A stretch of 32,000 bases of DNA from Candidatus Peribacter riflensis (GTDB lineage: Bacteria; Patescibacteriota; Gracilibacteria; Peribacterales; Peribacteraceae), in assembly GCA_001430755.1 (NCBI GenBank), contig CP013062.1, positions 420,001 through 452,000 on the forward strand, in the 5' to 3' direction. The notes below the pieces were generated by a model. That model did not search any database and had not been told where the DNA came from. It saw only the letters and a list, made by a program, of their open reading frames with translations. The stretch's first letter is position 1. Every line of letters begins with the position of its first letter. Made by a program: the position numbers and the translations under genes. Shown in pieces: positions 15,202 through 23,378 of this stretch.

Positions 15202-17394
15202 ATGAAAACATCTTTTCTCTTGGTGAGGAGACGCATCGCTGTCTCCAGTATCACCCTGCTTCTCGCGTCGTTGGTCGGCAGTCCGGCCGCTCTTGCCGCG
15301 AGTCGTTTCTGGCGTGGGCAGATGAACAACAGCAACCAGTACGAGAATCCTGCGAACTGGTCTGCAACGGATGGAGGCGATGGGGGCGCAGAGGCGCCGA
15401 CAGCGAGCGACAACGTCTACTTCATGAGGAATTCCACAGGGTCCTCGCTGATCGGGCAAAACGTCTGGCTCAAGAGCCATGCGTACATGAAGGGGCTTGT
15501 CATCAACCAGAACATGACGGGGAGCATCCTCCTCGGAACAGGGTCGCTCAACGTGGGGTCGGACGGCATCCGGATGGGAAGCGGACGTCTGATAGCAAAT
15601 ACCGGCAATATTTCCGGGTCCGGGAGCTTCACGCAGACAGGGGGTATTGTCCGGTTGGGAGCCATGAATCTTTCCCTTTCCGGAAGTCTATCGATCACGA
15701 AAGGTGCAGGCTCTTCCTACACGGAAGTGACATCCACGGGAACCATCGTTTTTAGCGGCAGGAGCGCGGATCAGAACCTTACCTTAGGTTCCACCATTGT
15801 TGGTTCTCTGAAAAACCTCACAGTCAATAACACAGCAGGAGGGACGTCCGACGATATTAATGTTGATGCTTCCTTCCTTGCCCTCTCGGGAGCCTTGCTG
15901 ATCACGCAAGGGAATCTCAATCTCGAAGCAGCGGATGTTGCTCTTCTCGTGGAGAGCGGTATTACCATTGCCGATAACGCGCAGGCCACACTCACGATGG
16001 GATCTGGCAATCTCACGATGTCCGGGCATCTCGTCATCGGAGCGGAAGGCCGGCTGAACTTAACGGCGGATAACACGTTCACCCTCAATGGTATCAATCA
16101 GAATTTTGACACGAACAACCATCCGATCAACAACATCACGATCGGATCCAGCGGTACTGCGACCCTCACGAGCGATCAGAGCGTTACCGGAACGCTTCAG
16201 GTTAACACCGGCTCTACCCTCTCCCTCGGAACGTATACGGTCTACGCAACAGGAGCGACGATTATTAACTACGGTACGATTACCGAGGGAACGGGTTATA
16301 TCAGTCATACGTCTTCCAATGTTCTCATTACTGATGCGAACTATGCCGAAGACGATACGCTGACACCCGGTTATGTGTACTTTACCGTGACTGACAGTGA
16401 TGAAAACATTGATGGTACAGCGCAGGATACGATGGCGATTACTGTCACTGCATCGACTGGAGATTCGGAGCCTGTGACGCTCACAGAAACAACGAATACG
16501 TCGGGTATCTTCCGCGGTTCGATCTTGGCGACGTCGAGCACCAACTACGTGGCGTCGGATGGAGCATTAGAAATCACATCGACAGCAACAGTGTCGTTTA
16601 CATACACGGATGCACAGGATACATCCGACACAGGGTCGGATTCTGCAACCCTGACCATTACTGCCAGCTCTGCGTCGAGTGCATCGACGGCAACCGGCGG
16701 TGGCGGGAGGCGGGGCGGAGGTTCAGTCCTCAGTGCCAGTGTGGCGACACAGACTTCCCAATCATCAGCCTCTGTCACAGCAGCGGGCGGGGATCTTCCA
16801 CAAGTGCGGGGCAACCTTTCCGTCGTCATTGTCGGCAAAACGGTCGTGTTCCGGGATGTCCCTGTGTCTCAATGGTTTGCTCCTTATGTGCTCGCACTCG
16901 TGCAGGCGGGCGTCATCAACGGCTACCGCGATGCAGGCGGGAATCCAACAGGAGAGTTTAAGCCAGGGAACAGCGTGACGTACGCAGAAATTGCCAAGAT
17001 GGCTGTAGAGGCTGCGGGACTTGAGCCGAAGAATGTCACACCGCAGATCCGTTCCGCGAGAGGTCAGTGGTCCGCAGGATACATTGCTGCACTCGAAGAC
17101 CTCGGGTTGTCCGTCTTCTCATCGTCCTCGCTTGATGTGAACGCTCCGGCGCCGCGGGGTGCGGTGTTGCAGATCATTCTGGAGGCCTTCGGTGAGACTA
17201 TCCTTGTTCCACAAGGAGGAGTCTACAGCGACGTCTCAGCCGGTTCGGCGCACGCGGGAGCTATCGAGTCCGCCACGGCAGCGGGGATCGTCTCAGGCGA
17301 TGACGGCCGATCCACCTTCCGTCCCAATGCTTCGGTCAACCGTGCGGAAACGTCGAAAATCGTTCGCAACGCCATGCTGAAACTGGGAGAGTGA
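15202..17394 (+). CDS. cell-surface beta-helix protein with three C-terminal SLH domains
   Basis: Signal peptide MKTSFLLVRRRIAVSSITLLLASLVGSPAALAA. N-terminal W..NW..G..P..D.VYF block followed by Gly/Ser/Thr/Asn-rich beta-solenoid-like repeats and a Ser-rich linker. SLH motifs: FRDVPVSQWFAPYV..GVINGY, WSAGYIAALEDLGL, YSDVSAGSAHAGAIE..FRPNASVNRAE. The track's 14872 start crosses the TA repeat and is rejected. Confidence 0.75.
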   Translation: MKTSFLLVRRRIAVSSITLLLASLVGSPAALAASRFWRGQMNNSNQYENPANWSATDGGDGGAEAPTASDNVYFMRNSTGSSLIGQNVWLKSHAYMKGLVINQNMTGSILLGTGSLNVGSDGIRMGSGRLIANTGNISGSGSFTQTGGIVRLGAMNLSLSGSLSITKGAGSSYTEVTSTGTIVFSGRSADQNLTLGSTIVGSLKNLTVNNTAGGTSDDINVDASFLALSGALLITQGNLNLEAADVALLVESGITIADNAQATLTMGSGNLTMSGHLVIGAEGRLNLTADNTFTLNGINQNFDTNNHPINNITIGSSGTATLTSDQSVTGTLQVNTGSTLSLGTYTVYATGATIINYGTITEGTGYISHTSSNVLITDANYAEDDTLTPGYVYFTVTDSDENIDGTAQDTMAITVTASTGDSEPVTLTETTNTSGIFRGSILATSSTNYVASDGALEITSTATVSFTYTDAQDTSDTGSDSATLTITASSASSASTATGGGGRRGGGSVLSASVATQTSQSSASVTAAGGDLPQVRGNLSVVIVGKTVVFRDVPVSQWFAPYVLALVQAGVINGYRDAGGNPTGEFKPGNSVTYAEIAKMAVEAAGLEPKNVTPQIRSARGQWSAGYIAALEDLGLSVFSSSSLDVNAPAPRGAVLQIILEAFGETILVPQGGVYSDVSAGSAHAGAIESATAAGIVSGDDGRSTFRPNASVNRAETSKIVRNAMLKLGE

Positions 17395-17422
17395 TGTGTG
17401 TTTCAGGCACTGTAAAGAAAGT

Positions 17423-17447
17423 GGGCACAGCACCTGTGCTCATTTTC
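17423..17447 (+). terminator. candidate rho-independent terminator of the SLH gene
   Basis: gcacag-cac-ctgtgc stem-loop (17425-17439) followed by tcattttcg. Confidence 0.5.
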
Positions 17448-17457
17448 GTAGGGGCGT

Positions 17458-17904
17458 TTACTTCTCTGCCACGACCTTCACATTGAACTTCTGCACAAAC
17501 TCTCCTGCCTTGAGGGCGGCCTCGAAGGTTCCGGTGGACTTGATGTGCTCGGCCAAATCGATAGCAGCCTCGTCGGCGGCAACCTGCAGTTGCTCCTGCA
17601 GCGCCTCTGCGATGTGCTTCTGGGTGATGGCGGCGTAGAGCTTGCCGGTCTTGGTGACCTTGCGGTGGAACACGAGTTCCTTGCCGGTGACCTTGCCTGC
17701 GACGCTGGAGCGCAATGCCATCTCGCGCTGCTTCTCTTCGGCGCGGCGCTTGATTTCTTCAGCGTAGCGGCGGCGCACCGTCGGGGTGGCCACGAGAGCG
17801 CGGCGGTCGGGCAGCAGACAATTGAGCGCGAGACCGTCTCCCACAATGAGCAGGTCGTTCTTCTTTCCGATGCCGGGGACGTCTTGGAGGAGGAGGATTT
17901 CCAT
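17458..17904 (-). CDS. rplI: 50S ribosomal protein L9
   Basis: MEILLLQDVPGIGKKNDLLIVGDGLALNCLLP, a typical L9 N-domain, then a long charged helix and the C-domain. Confidence 0.9.
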   Translation of the reverse strand: MEILLLQDVPGIGKKNDLLIVGDGLALNCLLPDRRALVATPTVRRRYAEEIKRRAEEKQREMALRSSVAGKVTGKELVFHRKVTKTGKLYAAITQKHIAEALQEQLQVAADEAAIDLAEHIKSTGTFEAALKAGEFVQKFNVKVVAEK

Positions 17905-17942
17905 AAGTGTGATGCGTCAAGCGCGTTTCACAAAGCCGCGAA

Positions 17943-17971
17943 AGTTTACGGACCGCGGGAGGTGCTGTCAA
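17943..17971 (-). promoter_or_regulatory. rplI promoter
   Basis: Minus strand reads TTGACA (17971-17966), 17-nt spacer, TAAACT (17948-17943). This is the same architecture as the dnaK promoter. Confidence 0.6.
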
Positions 17972-18007
17972 GGGTAAACTTTTATTCACACCTCCCCGGA
18001 ATGCCCG

Positions 18008-20218
18008 TTATTGGCTTGTAAAGAGCCAGGGAAGGAAGGACCACCAGCTCTTGCCCTGCCGGAATTGTCGTTCCTGAAGGATGTACCACCGGTGCAGGGT
18101 GAGGAACCGGTCGGAATGCAGAGAAGGGTGCCCAATCGCCACGTTATGCACATCCTGGTGGTAGGCGAATGTGTAGAGAGGGGAGTAGAGGAAGACGGCG
18201 GGCACATCGGCGGCCAGCACCGTGCGCAGTTCCGCCAGCGCCTCTTGCCGCTCCTGCTCATTGAAGGTCTGGCGGATCTGTGTGAGGAGGGTATCGGCGC
18301 GGAAGGAGGAGTACTGCGAGAAGTTGTACGCATCCAGGCGCAGGCCCAGAGGCGCTTCGTCCACCCCCTGAATGCCGTCAGAGTGCCAGTAGGGATAGCT
18401 GTCTAAGTTATCGAGGAGGGATTGTCCGAAGAGCAGGATGTCGTAGTCGCGCGCAATGAGTTTCTTTTCGAATGCTGCACGGGTCTCGGGAACATCCAGC
18501 GTGATTTCGACGCCCAGCGGCGCCCACTGATCGCGAATGAGTTCGGCGGCCTTTTGATAGGATGGAGGTGATTCGCCCGTGAGCAGGCGCAGCGACAGTC
18601 GCTCGCCGCGCTCATTGACGCGGATATCCGTCTTGTCGTTGTCGGTTCTGAGCCGCAGCATTCCCTGCTCGACAGCCAGATCCTGCACGGTAATGCGCTC
18701 CTCCGTCGGGAGTGCGCCGGCGCGGCTCTGGAGGAACTGTTCCAGCAGGCCCTGCTCCAGTGCGGCCCGGCGGTAGTCGCGCGAGCGCGCGGTCCGCCAG
18801 ACGATGGCGGAGTCGAGTACCTTGCCTTTCTCGTCAAAGAGCTGCACGAAGTTCTGGCCGAGCCTGAGCGCACCCGTTCCTCCGGCTGTGGGGAGGGCTA
18901 CCACCCATGTTCCCGATGCCGTGGGATTGGCCACAACAGGGATGCCGTTGACGGTGGAGCCGATCTTGGACTGGGCGAGGGAACCGGTGAGGGTGAGAGC
19001 GGCTCCGGTGTCGAGCAGAACGATCGGCTCCATGTGCAGGAGCCCCGTTGCGTTTGTCTCGCGGATTTCCAGCAGGCGCTGGAGCCGGACTTTCTCGGGC
19101 AGGTTCCACTTGGATTCGAAGAGCGCGCCCTGGGCCGCCTTCGTATCGAAACTGTATCGCCAGTCAGAAGTGTCGAGCTCGAGGAGGGGCGTATCGACGA
19201 TCACTTTCTCTGCAAGCGCATCGACGATGGCCTGCTTGTTGGTGCCCAGCTGCAACCCGAGCCGCAGCTTGGGATCCTGGAGGAAGGGGTGGTCCAAGTT
19301 GAAGAAGAGCGCGACGTACTGCGGCAGGGTGTAGTTGATGGCGGTGAACCGGCGCGGGACGATCGGCTCGCCTTCATCGTTGCGGGGCACGAGGCGCACA
19401 CCATCCAGATTCCGGATGTCTGAGAGGAGCGTGTTGTAGTCCGGAAAAATGCGGAAGATGATGCGCTTGATGTAGGTCTCGGAATCAATGGGACGCGGAA
19501 ACCTCTCCAGTGTCACCTCCGTCGATAGATCGGTCTGTACGAGGCTCTTGAACGCGTACGGTCCGGCGCCGACGGGTTTGAGACCGAAATCCAGAGCCTG
19601 GTCGATCTTGCGCACCGGCACCCCCTCGAACGCCCGTTTCGGCAGCAGGCCCAGTGTCAGGTTACTGGAGAAAAAAGTGTACGGCTCATCCAGAGTGAAG
19701 CGCACCGAGCGTGCATCGATCTTCTCCGCTTTGACACCGCGGAAGTTCTCACGCAGCAACGTATTGGGGAAATCCGCATCCTGCACGGTCTGGAAGGTGA
19801 ACAGCACGTCCTCGGATGTGACGGGATGGGGATCCTCCTGCGTGGAATCGTGCCAGACGATGTTGTCTTTGAGCGTGAGGGTATACAGGCGCCCGTCGCG
19901 GCTGACGGCGAGTGTGGCGAGATCGTCTTCGATACGTTTCGCTTCGGGGTTGTACTTGAGCAAGCCCGAGAAGACGAGGGAGACGATGTCGCGGTTGACG
20001 TTGTTCGTGATGGTGAACCAGGGATTGAGCGGCTGGAACTGGCTGACGGATCCCTCGATGTAGGTGCCGCCCCGCTCCGGTCTCAACTCCGTATTCTGCA
20101 GATAGAACCGGCGGAGCAGCAGGAGGAGCGCCAGCAGGAAGACGAGTGCGAAGAACCGCAGCGCCCACTTCTGGAAGCGAGACACAATCCGGAAGAATTG
20201 GCGCGGATCAGACACCAC
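18008..20218 (-). CDS. ABC transporter substrate-binding protein, family 5 (peptide/nickel type), membrane-anchored
   Basis: N-terminal TM FFALVFLLALLLLLRRF. SBP_bac_5-like blocks are GGTYIEGSVSQFQPLNPWF..RDIVSLVFSGLLKYNP and VKAEKIDARSVRFTL. There is an internal extra segment of roughly 170 aa. Confidence 0.75.
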   Translation of the reverse strand: MVSDPRQFFRIVSRFQKWALRFFALVFLLALLLLLRRFYLQNTELRPERGGTYIEGSVSQFQPLNPWFTITNNVNRDIVSLVFSGLLKYNPEAKRIEDDLATLAVSRDGRLYTLTLKDNIVWHDSTQEDPHPVTSEDVLFTFQTVQDADFPNTLLRENFRGVKAEKIDARSVRFTLDEPYTFFSSNLTLGLLPKRAFEGVPVRKIDQALDFGLKPVGAGPYAFKSLVQTDLSTEVTLERFPRPIDSETYIKRIIFRIFPDYNTLLSDIRNLDGVRLVPRNDEGEPIVPRRFTAINYTLPQYVALFFNLDHPFLQDPKLRLGLQLGTNKQAIVDALAEKVIVDTPLLELDTSDWRYSFDTKAAQGALFESKWNLPEKVRLQRLLEIRETNATGLLHMEPIVLLDTGAALTLTGSLAQSKIGSTVNGIPVVANPTASGTWVVALPTAGGTGALRLGQNFVQLFDEKGKVLDSAIVWRTARSRDYRRAALEQGLLEQFLQSRAGALPTEERITVQDLAVEQGMLRLRTDNDKTDIRVNERGERLSLRLLTGESPPSYQKAAELIRDQWAPLGVEITLDVPETRAAFEKKLIARDYDILLFGQSLLDNLDSYPYWHSDGIQGVDEAPLGLRLDAYNFSQYSSFRADTLLTQIRQTFNEQERQEALAELRTVLAADVPAVFLYSPLYTFAYHQDVHNVAIGHPSLHSDRFLTLHRWYILQERQFRQGKSWWSFLPWLFTSQ

Positions 20219-20247
20219 GAAAAGAGGGAAGAGAAGTCCTCAAAGCC

Positions 20248-20460
20248 TTAGACGTACCACTGCAGGATCGAAAGGGCGAAGAAGATGATGCTGAGCCAGA
20301 TGCTCACCTGATAGAGGAGCTTCTCGGCGCCGCGGCGCTGCACGTAACTGGTGCCGATGCCACCGAAGGTGGAGGAGAGTCCTGCTGCGCGATGCTGGAG
20401 GAGGATCGTGAGCGAGAGGAGCAGGCTCACGGCGACGAGGATGGAATGAATGAGTGTCAT
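20248..20460 (-). CDS. secG: preprotein translocase subunit SecG
   Basis: 70 aa with two TM helices and a central Gly-rich loop (AAGLSSTFGGIGTSY), the typical SecG layout. Confidence 0.8.
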   Translation of the reverse strand: MTLIHSILVAVSLLLSLTILLQHRAAGLSSTFGGIGTSYVQRRGAEKLLYQVSIWLSIIFFALSILQWYV

Positions 20461-20469
20461 ATCCCCCTG

Positions 20470-20498
20470 ATTCTAGGGGAAGGTCACGTGCGGGGCAA
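20470..20498 (-). promoter_or_regulatory. candidate secG promoter
   Basis: Minus strand reads TTGCCC (20498-20493), 17-nt spacer, TAGAAT (20475-20470), then 9 nt to the ATG. Confidence 0.45.
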
Positions 20499-20541
20499 CG
20501 ATCACGTCCTTTTTCACGTGATCTGATACACTTTCATTCTG

Positions 20542-20560
20542 TGGGTGGTTAGCTCCCACC
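20542..20560 (+). other. tRNA-Val 5'-end fragment / minihelix-like remnant
   Basis: tgggtggttagctc (20542-20555) is identical to 20629-20642, the first 13 nt of tRNA-Val plus 1 leader nt. It is followed directly by ccacc, which can pair with ggtgg. Confidence 0.55.
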
Positions 20561-20581
20561 TTCGCTCTACGTTACGCTTAA

Positions 20582-20599
20582 GCTACGGGTGGGCAAGCA
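20582..20599. repeat. short dispersed motif copy (gctacgggtgggcaagca)
   Basis: Degenerate copy of GCTACGGTTGGCAAGCCAC, upstream of tRNA-Val. Confidence 0.55.
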
Positions 20600-20629
20600 G
20601 TTGGTTTTTGCTATGCTGTGGGCGCCGTT

Positions 20630-20707
20630 GGGTGGTTAGCTCAGTTGGTTTAGAGCGTCTGGTTTACACCCAGAAGGTCACAGGTTCGACTCCTGTACCA
20701 CCCACCA
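20630..20707 (+). tRNA. tRNA-Val (anticodon UAC), CCA encoded
   Basis: Hand fold: GGGTGGT TA GCTC AGTTGGTTTA GAGC G TCTGG TTTACAC CCAGA AGGTC ACAGG TTCGACT CCTGT ACCACCC A CCA. Confidence 0.9.
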
Positions 20708-20749
20708 ACCTCTGCGAAGCGGAGGTGGACGGTTCTGCTGTGATGCTTC

Positions 20750-20768
20750 GCTACGGTTGGCAAGCCAC
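20750..20768. repeat. short dispersed motif copy (gctacggttggcaagccac)
   Basis: Exact 19-mer repeat of 13475-13493, 43 nt downstream of tRNA-Val. Confidence 0.75.
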
Positions 20769-20903
20769 AGCGTGCGAGGTTCGCTCATGGTCCTCATGCT
20801 GCGGTGCTCGGGCCACTGCTTTGCCGAGTCGAATGTTATCAAATCGCCAAATAAACAATGAATTCTCATAGAAAAGGGCTGTTTTGGTGGTAGCGGAAAG
20901 GAA

Positions 20904-20932
20904 TTGACAAATGGATGAATTACGTTTACAGT
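20904..20932 (+). promoter_or_regulatory. promoter of the DUF11-repeat gene
   Basis: TTGACA (20904-20909), 17-nt spacer, TACAGT (20927-20932), 30 nt upstream of the ATG. Confidence 0.6.
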
Positions 20933-20961
20933 AATCGCCTTTTTGTTTCCCCCATCCTGCC

Positions 20962-22626
20962 ATGCGTGTGCATAGCCGATTGCAGATTCTGTCTGTTCTG
21001 AGCCTGATTGCAGGGCTCGCTGTGGGCGTACATTCCCTCACGGTTTCCGTTCCCTCTGATGCGGCTCTGGCCTCACCCGAGACGCGCCACATCTATCTGA
21101 CCATTACGGACGGCCGTGACACGATCGAACCGGGGGGCTCGCTCACGTACGTCGCGATCATCCGCTCCGATGCGGAGCAGACGGAACTGGTGGATGCCAC
21201 ACTGACCCTGCCTGCCTACGTGAATCTCGTTGAGGCGAATTTCTCGGGTCACCGGGAGGGAAATACCGTGGTGTGGAACAATCTTTCCGTGGATCCGGTG
21301 GTGGGGCGCAGGTTGGTGGTGGATGTCTCGGTCGATCCGTTTGCCGAGATCGGCGGTACCATGACTGCAGAAATCGTGTGCGATGGCGAGCATGCCGCAG
21401 ACGCGACGGTGATTGCGGGTCCGCGTCTGGTCGTGCTGCCTCCGGAGCTCCGTTTGCGCATGAGCGACGGCAAGGATTTCGCCGGTCCGGATGAAGAGCT
21501 GCGCTACGTGCTGACGGTGGAGAACCTTTCGGATGCAGATCGCGTTTTCGAGCTCCGTGGTGAGCTGCCCTCGACGATTTCATTCCTTGCGGCAACCGGC
21601 CAGTACCAGGAGCAGAACGGTTCCCTGGTCTGGAGAGATCAGCTCATTCGTGCAGGCGACGTGCGTACCTTCGAAGTGATGGCAGCCGTCGAGCACGATG
21701 TGGTGGACTTTACGAATATCGTCTTCAAGGCCTCCGTCGATGGCATTCCTTCGAGTGATACGACGATCGTGCAGCGACAGCCGGTCATTGAAGGCTTCAG
21801 TATCACGGTGTCGGATGGTCTGACGGAGGTGGCCGCTGCGTCCGCCGTCACCTACCAGATTCACCTGCGCAATGACGATGATATTCTCGCGACGGGCGTG
21901 GCGGTGAGCGCTGCACTTCCGGTCTACGCGGAATTCATGGAGGCCTCGAACGGCGGCATCTGGACGGGGAATAATGTCCGTTGGGATAACCTCACAGTGA
22001 GTCCGCATGGCGAACGCACGCTCACCGTTGCGGCACACGTCCGCACGGATGCCCCCATGGGTGCAACCCTCCGGATGACGGCCGAGACCCAGGGTCTGGT
22101 GGCAGTGGATCTCACCACGGTGGCCAATGTCGCACGCGCGCTCACACAGCGCGGAACACCGGCAACGCTCACGAAAGTCGCCGACCGTACAGAGGTGCGC
22201 CCGGGGGATACCGTCACGTACACCGTCACGCTTCGCAATAACACGGATCATCCGTTCAGGAATGTGCGCGTGGAAGATCGTCTGGATGAGCGCTTCATGT
22301 CCGTCGTGGGCGCGGAGCGCGGTCAGATGCAGGGCAATCGCCTGCTGTGGGTCCTGCCGGAGCTGGCTCCCGGGCAGCAGTGGACCGTGCGCTACAGCGT
22401 GGAGATCTCTTCGCGTGCGCCGCACGGCTTCGCCATCGACAATGTGGTGACCGCGTCCGGCGAAGGGCTCGAGACGCTCTCACTCACGGAAAAGGTGTAC
22501 ACGAGCCGGCTGGGGGTGGTGCGGGGTTTGCCGCCGGCGGGTGCAGCCTTCGATGCGATCTTCCTGATGCTCTCGGGTCTCGCAGGGCTCGGCCAGACCT
22601 TCGTCCTCAAGCGGCGCATCGTCTGA
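20962..22626 (+). CDS. DUF11-repeat surface protein with LPPAG sortase sorting signal
   Basis: N-terminal signal peptide and about four DUF11-like repeats (e.g. GDTVTYTVTLRNNTDHPFRNVRVEDRLD). The C-terminus is LPPAG, a hydrophobic stretch (AAFDAIFLMLSGLAGLGQTFVL) and then KRR. Confidence 0.75.
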   Translation: MRVHSRLQILSVLSLIAGLAVGVHSLTVSVPSDAALASPETRHIYLTITDGRDTIEPGGSLTYVAIIRSDAEQTELVDATLTLPAYVNLVEANFSGHREGNTVVWNNLSVDPVVGRRLVVDVSVDPFAEIGGTMTAEIVCDGEHAADATVIAGPRLVVLPPELRLRMSDGKDFAGPDEELRYVLTVENLSDADRVFELRGELPSTISFLAATGQYQEQNGSLVWRDQLIRAGDVRTFEVMAAVEHDVVDFTNIVFKASVDGIPSSDTTIVQRQPVIEGFSITVSDGLTEVAAASAVTYQIHLRNDDDILATGVAVSAALPVYAEFMEASNGGIWTGNNVRWDNLTVSPHGERTLTVAAHVRTDAPMGATLRMTAETQGLVAVDLTTVANVARALTQRGTPATLTKVADRTEVRPGDTVTYTVTLRNNTDHPFRNVRVEDRLDERFMSVVGAERGQMQGNRLLWVLPELAPGQQWTVRYSVEISSRAPHGFAIDNVVTASGEGLETLSLTEKVYTSRLGVVRGLPPAGAAFDAIFLMLSGLAGLGQTFVLKRRIV

Positions 22627-22650
22627 TCCGAAACTCTCACTTGTGATGAA

Positions 22651-22680
22651 GAAGCGCACCCCGCGGGGTGCGCTTTTCGT
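22651..22680. terminator. bidirectional rho-independent terminator between convergent genes
   Basis: gaagcgcacccc / ggggtgcgcttt stem (about 9-10 bp), flanked by A-rich sequence on the left and T-rich sequence (cttttcgtt) on the right. Confidence 0.75.
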
Positions 22681-22703
22681 TCACGTAGGAAAAGCGGGAC
22701 CGA

Positions 22704-23024
22704 TCAGCCTCCCATGGCGCTCAGGATCTGCTGCATCAGATCAATGATATCAGTGAAGGAGAGCTGGAAGGGGATATCGAGCAGGCGGGCGATGAAGAGG
22801 ACGAGGAAGTACGCGATGAACGCGACGATGAGTCCGACGATCGCATAGCGAATGGTGTGCACTGCCTTCTTGATCTTATCTTCGTTGCCGGCCGAGAGGA
22901 TGAACGAAATGCCGCCGATGATGATGAAGACTAAGCAGAGGATTGTGGCCGCGATCAGGCCCAGTGCAATGAAGACCGAGATAATCTCCATCGCGTTGCC
23001 GCCTTCGAGAAGTTCACGGAGCAT
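22704..23024 (-). CDS. small 2-TM membrane protein, TrbC/VirB2-type (T4SS) pilin-like
   Basis: FIIIGGISFILSAGNEDKIKKAVHTIRYAIVGLIVAFIAYFLV matches my memory of the pilin family abundant in CPR genomes: TM, then GG..AGxxxK..A, then TM. The start may instead be the internal Met at 22991. Confidence 0.5.
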   Translation of the reverse strand: MLRELLEGGNAMEIISVFIALGLIAATILCLVFIIIGGISFILSAGNEDKIKKAVHTIRYAIVGLIVAFIAYFLVLFIARLLDIPFQLSFTDIIDLMQQILSAMGG

Positions 23025-23053
23025 CGGAGTAGGGGGGAAAGGGGAGGAGGAAA

Positions 23054-23335
23054 TTAAGCGGCGAGAGAGGCCGAATCCGGTTCGAGAATTTTGAGATTCA
23101 CGCGTTCCGCGGCATTGCCTCCGATAATGCGGATGAGGGTGCGCAGAGCCTTGACGGTCTGTCCGCCCTTTCCGATCAGCTTGCCCATATCGCGCTCACT
23201 CACGCGCACGGTGAGAAGGATGCCGAGCTCATCTTTCTTTCCTTCAATGACCAGTTGATCTTTGTCCTCACACAGGGCATCGAGCACGTACTGGAGGAAC
23301 GCATAACCCGGGAGTGTCGCTGTGTCTTCTGACAT
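23054..23335 (-). CDS. khpA: KH-domain RNA-binding protein (UPF0109 / YlqC / KhpA family)
   Basis: LTVRVSERDMGKLIGKGGQTVKALRTLIRIIG with the GxxG KH motif, in the conserved position after rpsP. Confidence 0.8.
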   Translation of the reverse strand: MSEDTATLPGYAFLQYVLDALCEDKDQLVIEGKKDELGILLTVRVSERDMGKLIGKGGQTVKALRTLIRIIGGNAAERVNLKILEPDSASLAA

Positions 23336-23378
23336 ACAGAGTGAAGTCTAGTCGCTTCGGTGGCTGTTGTGAAGCACC

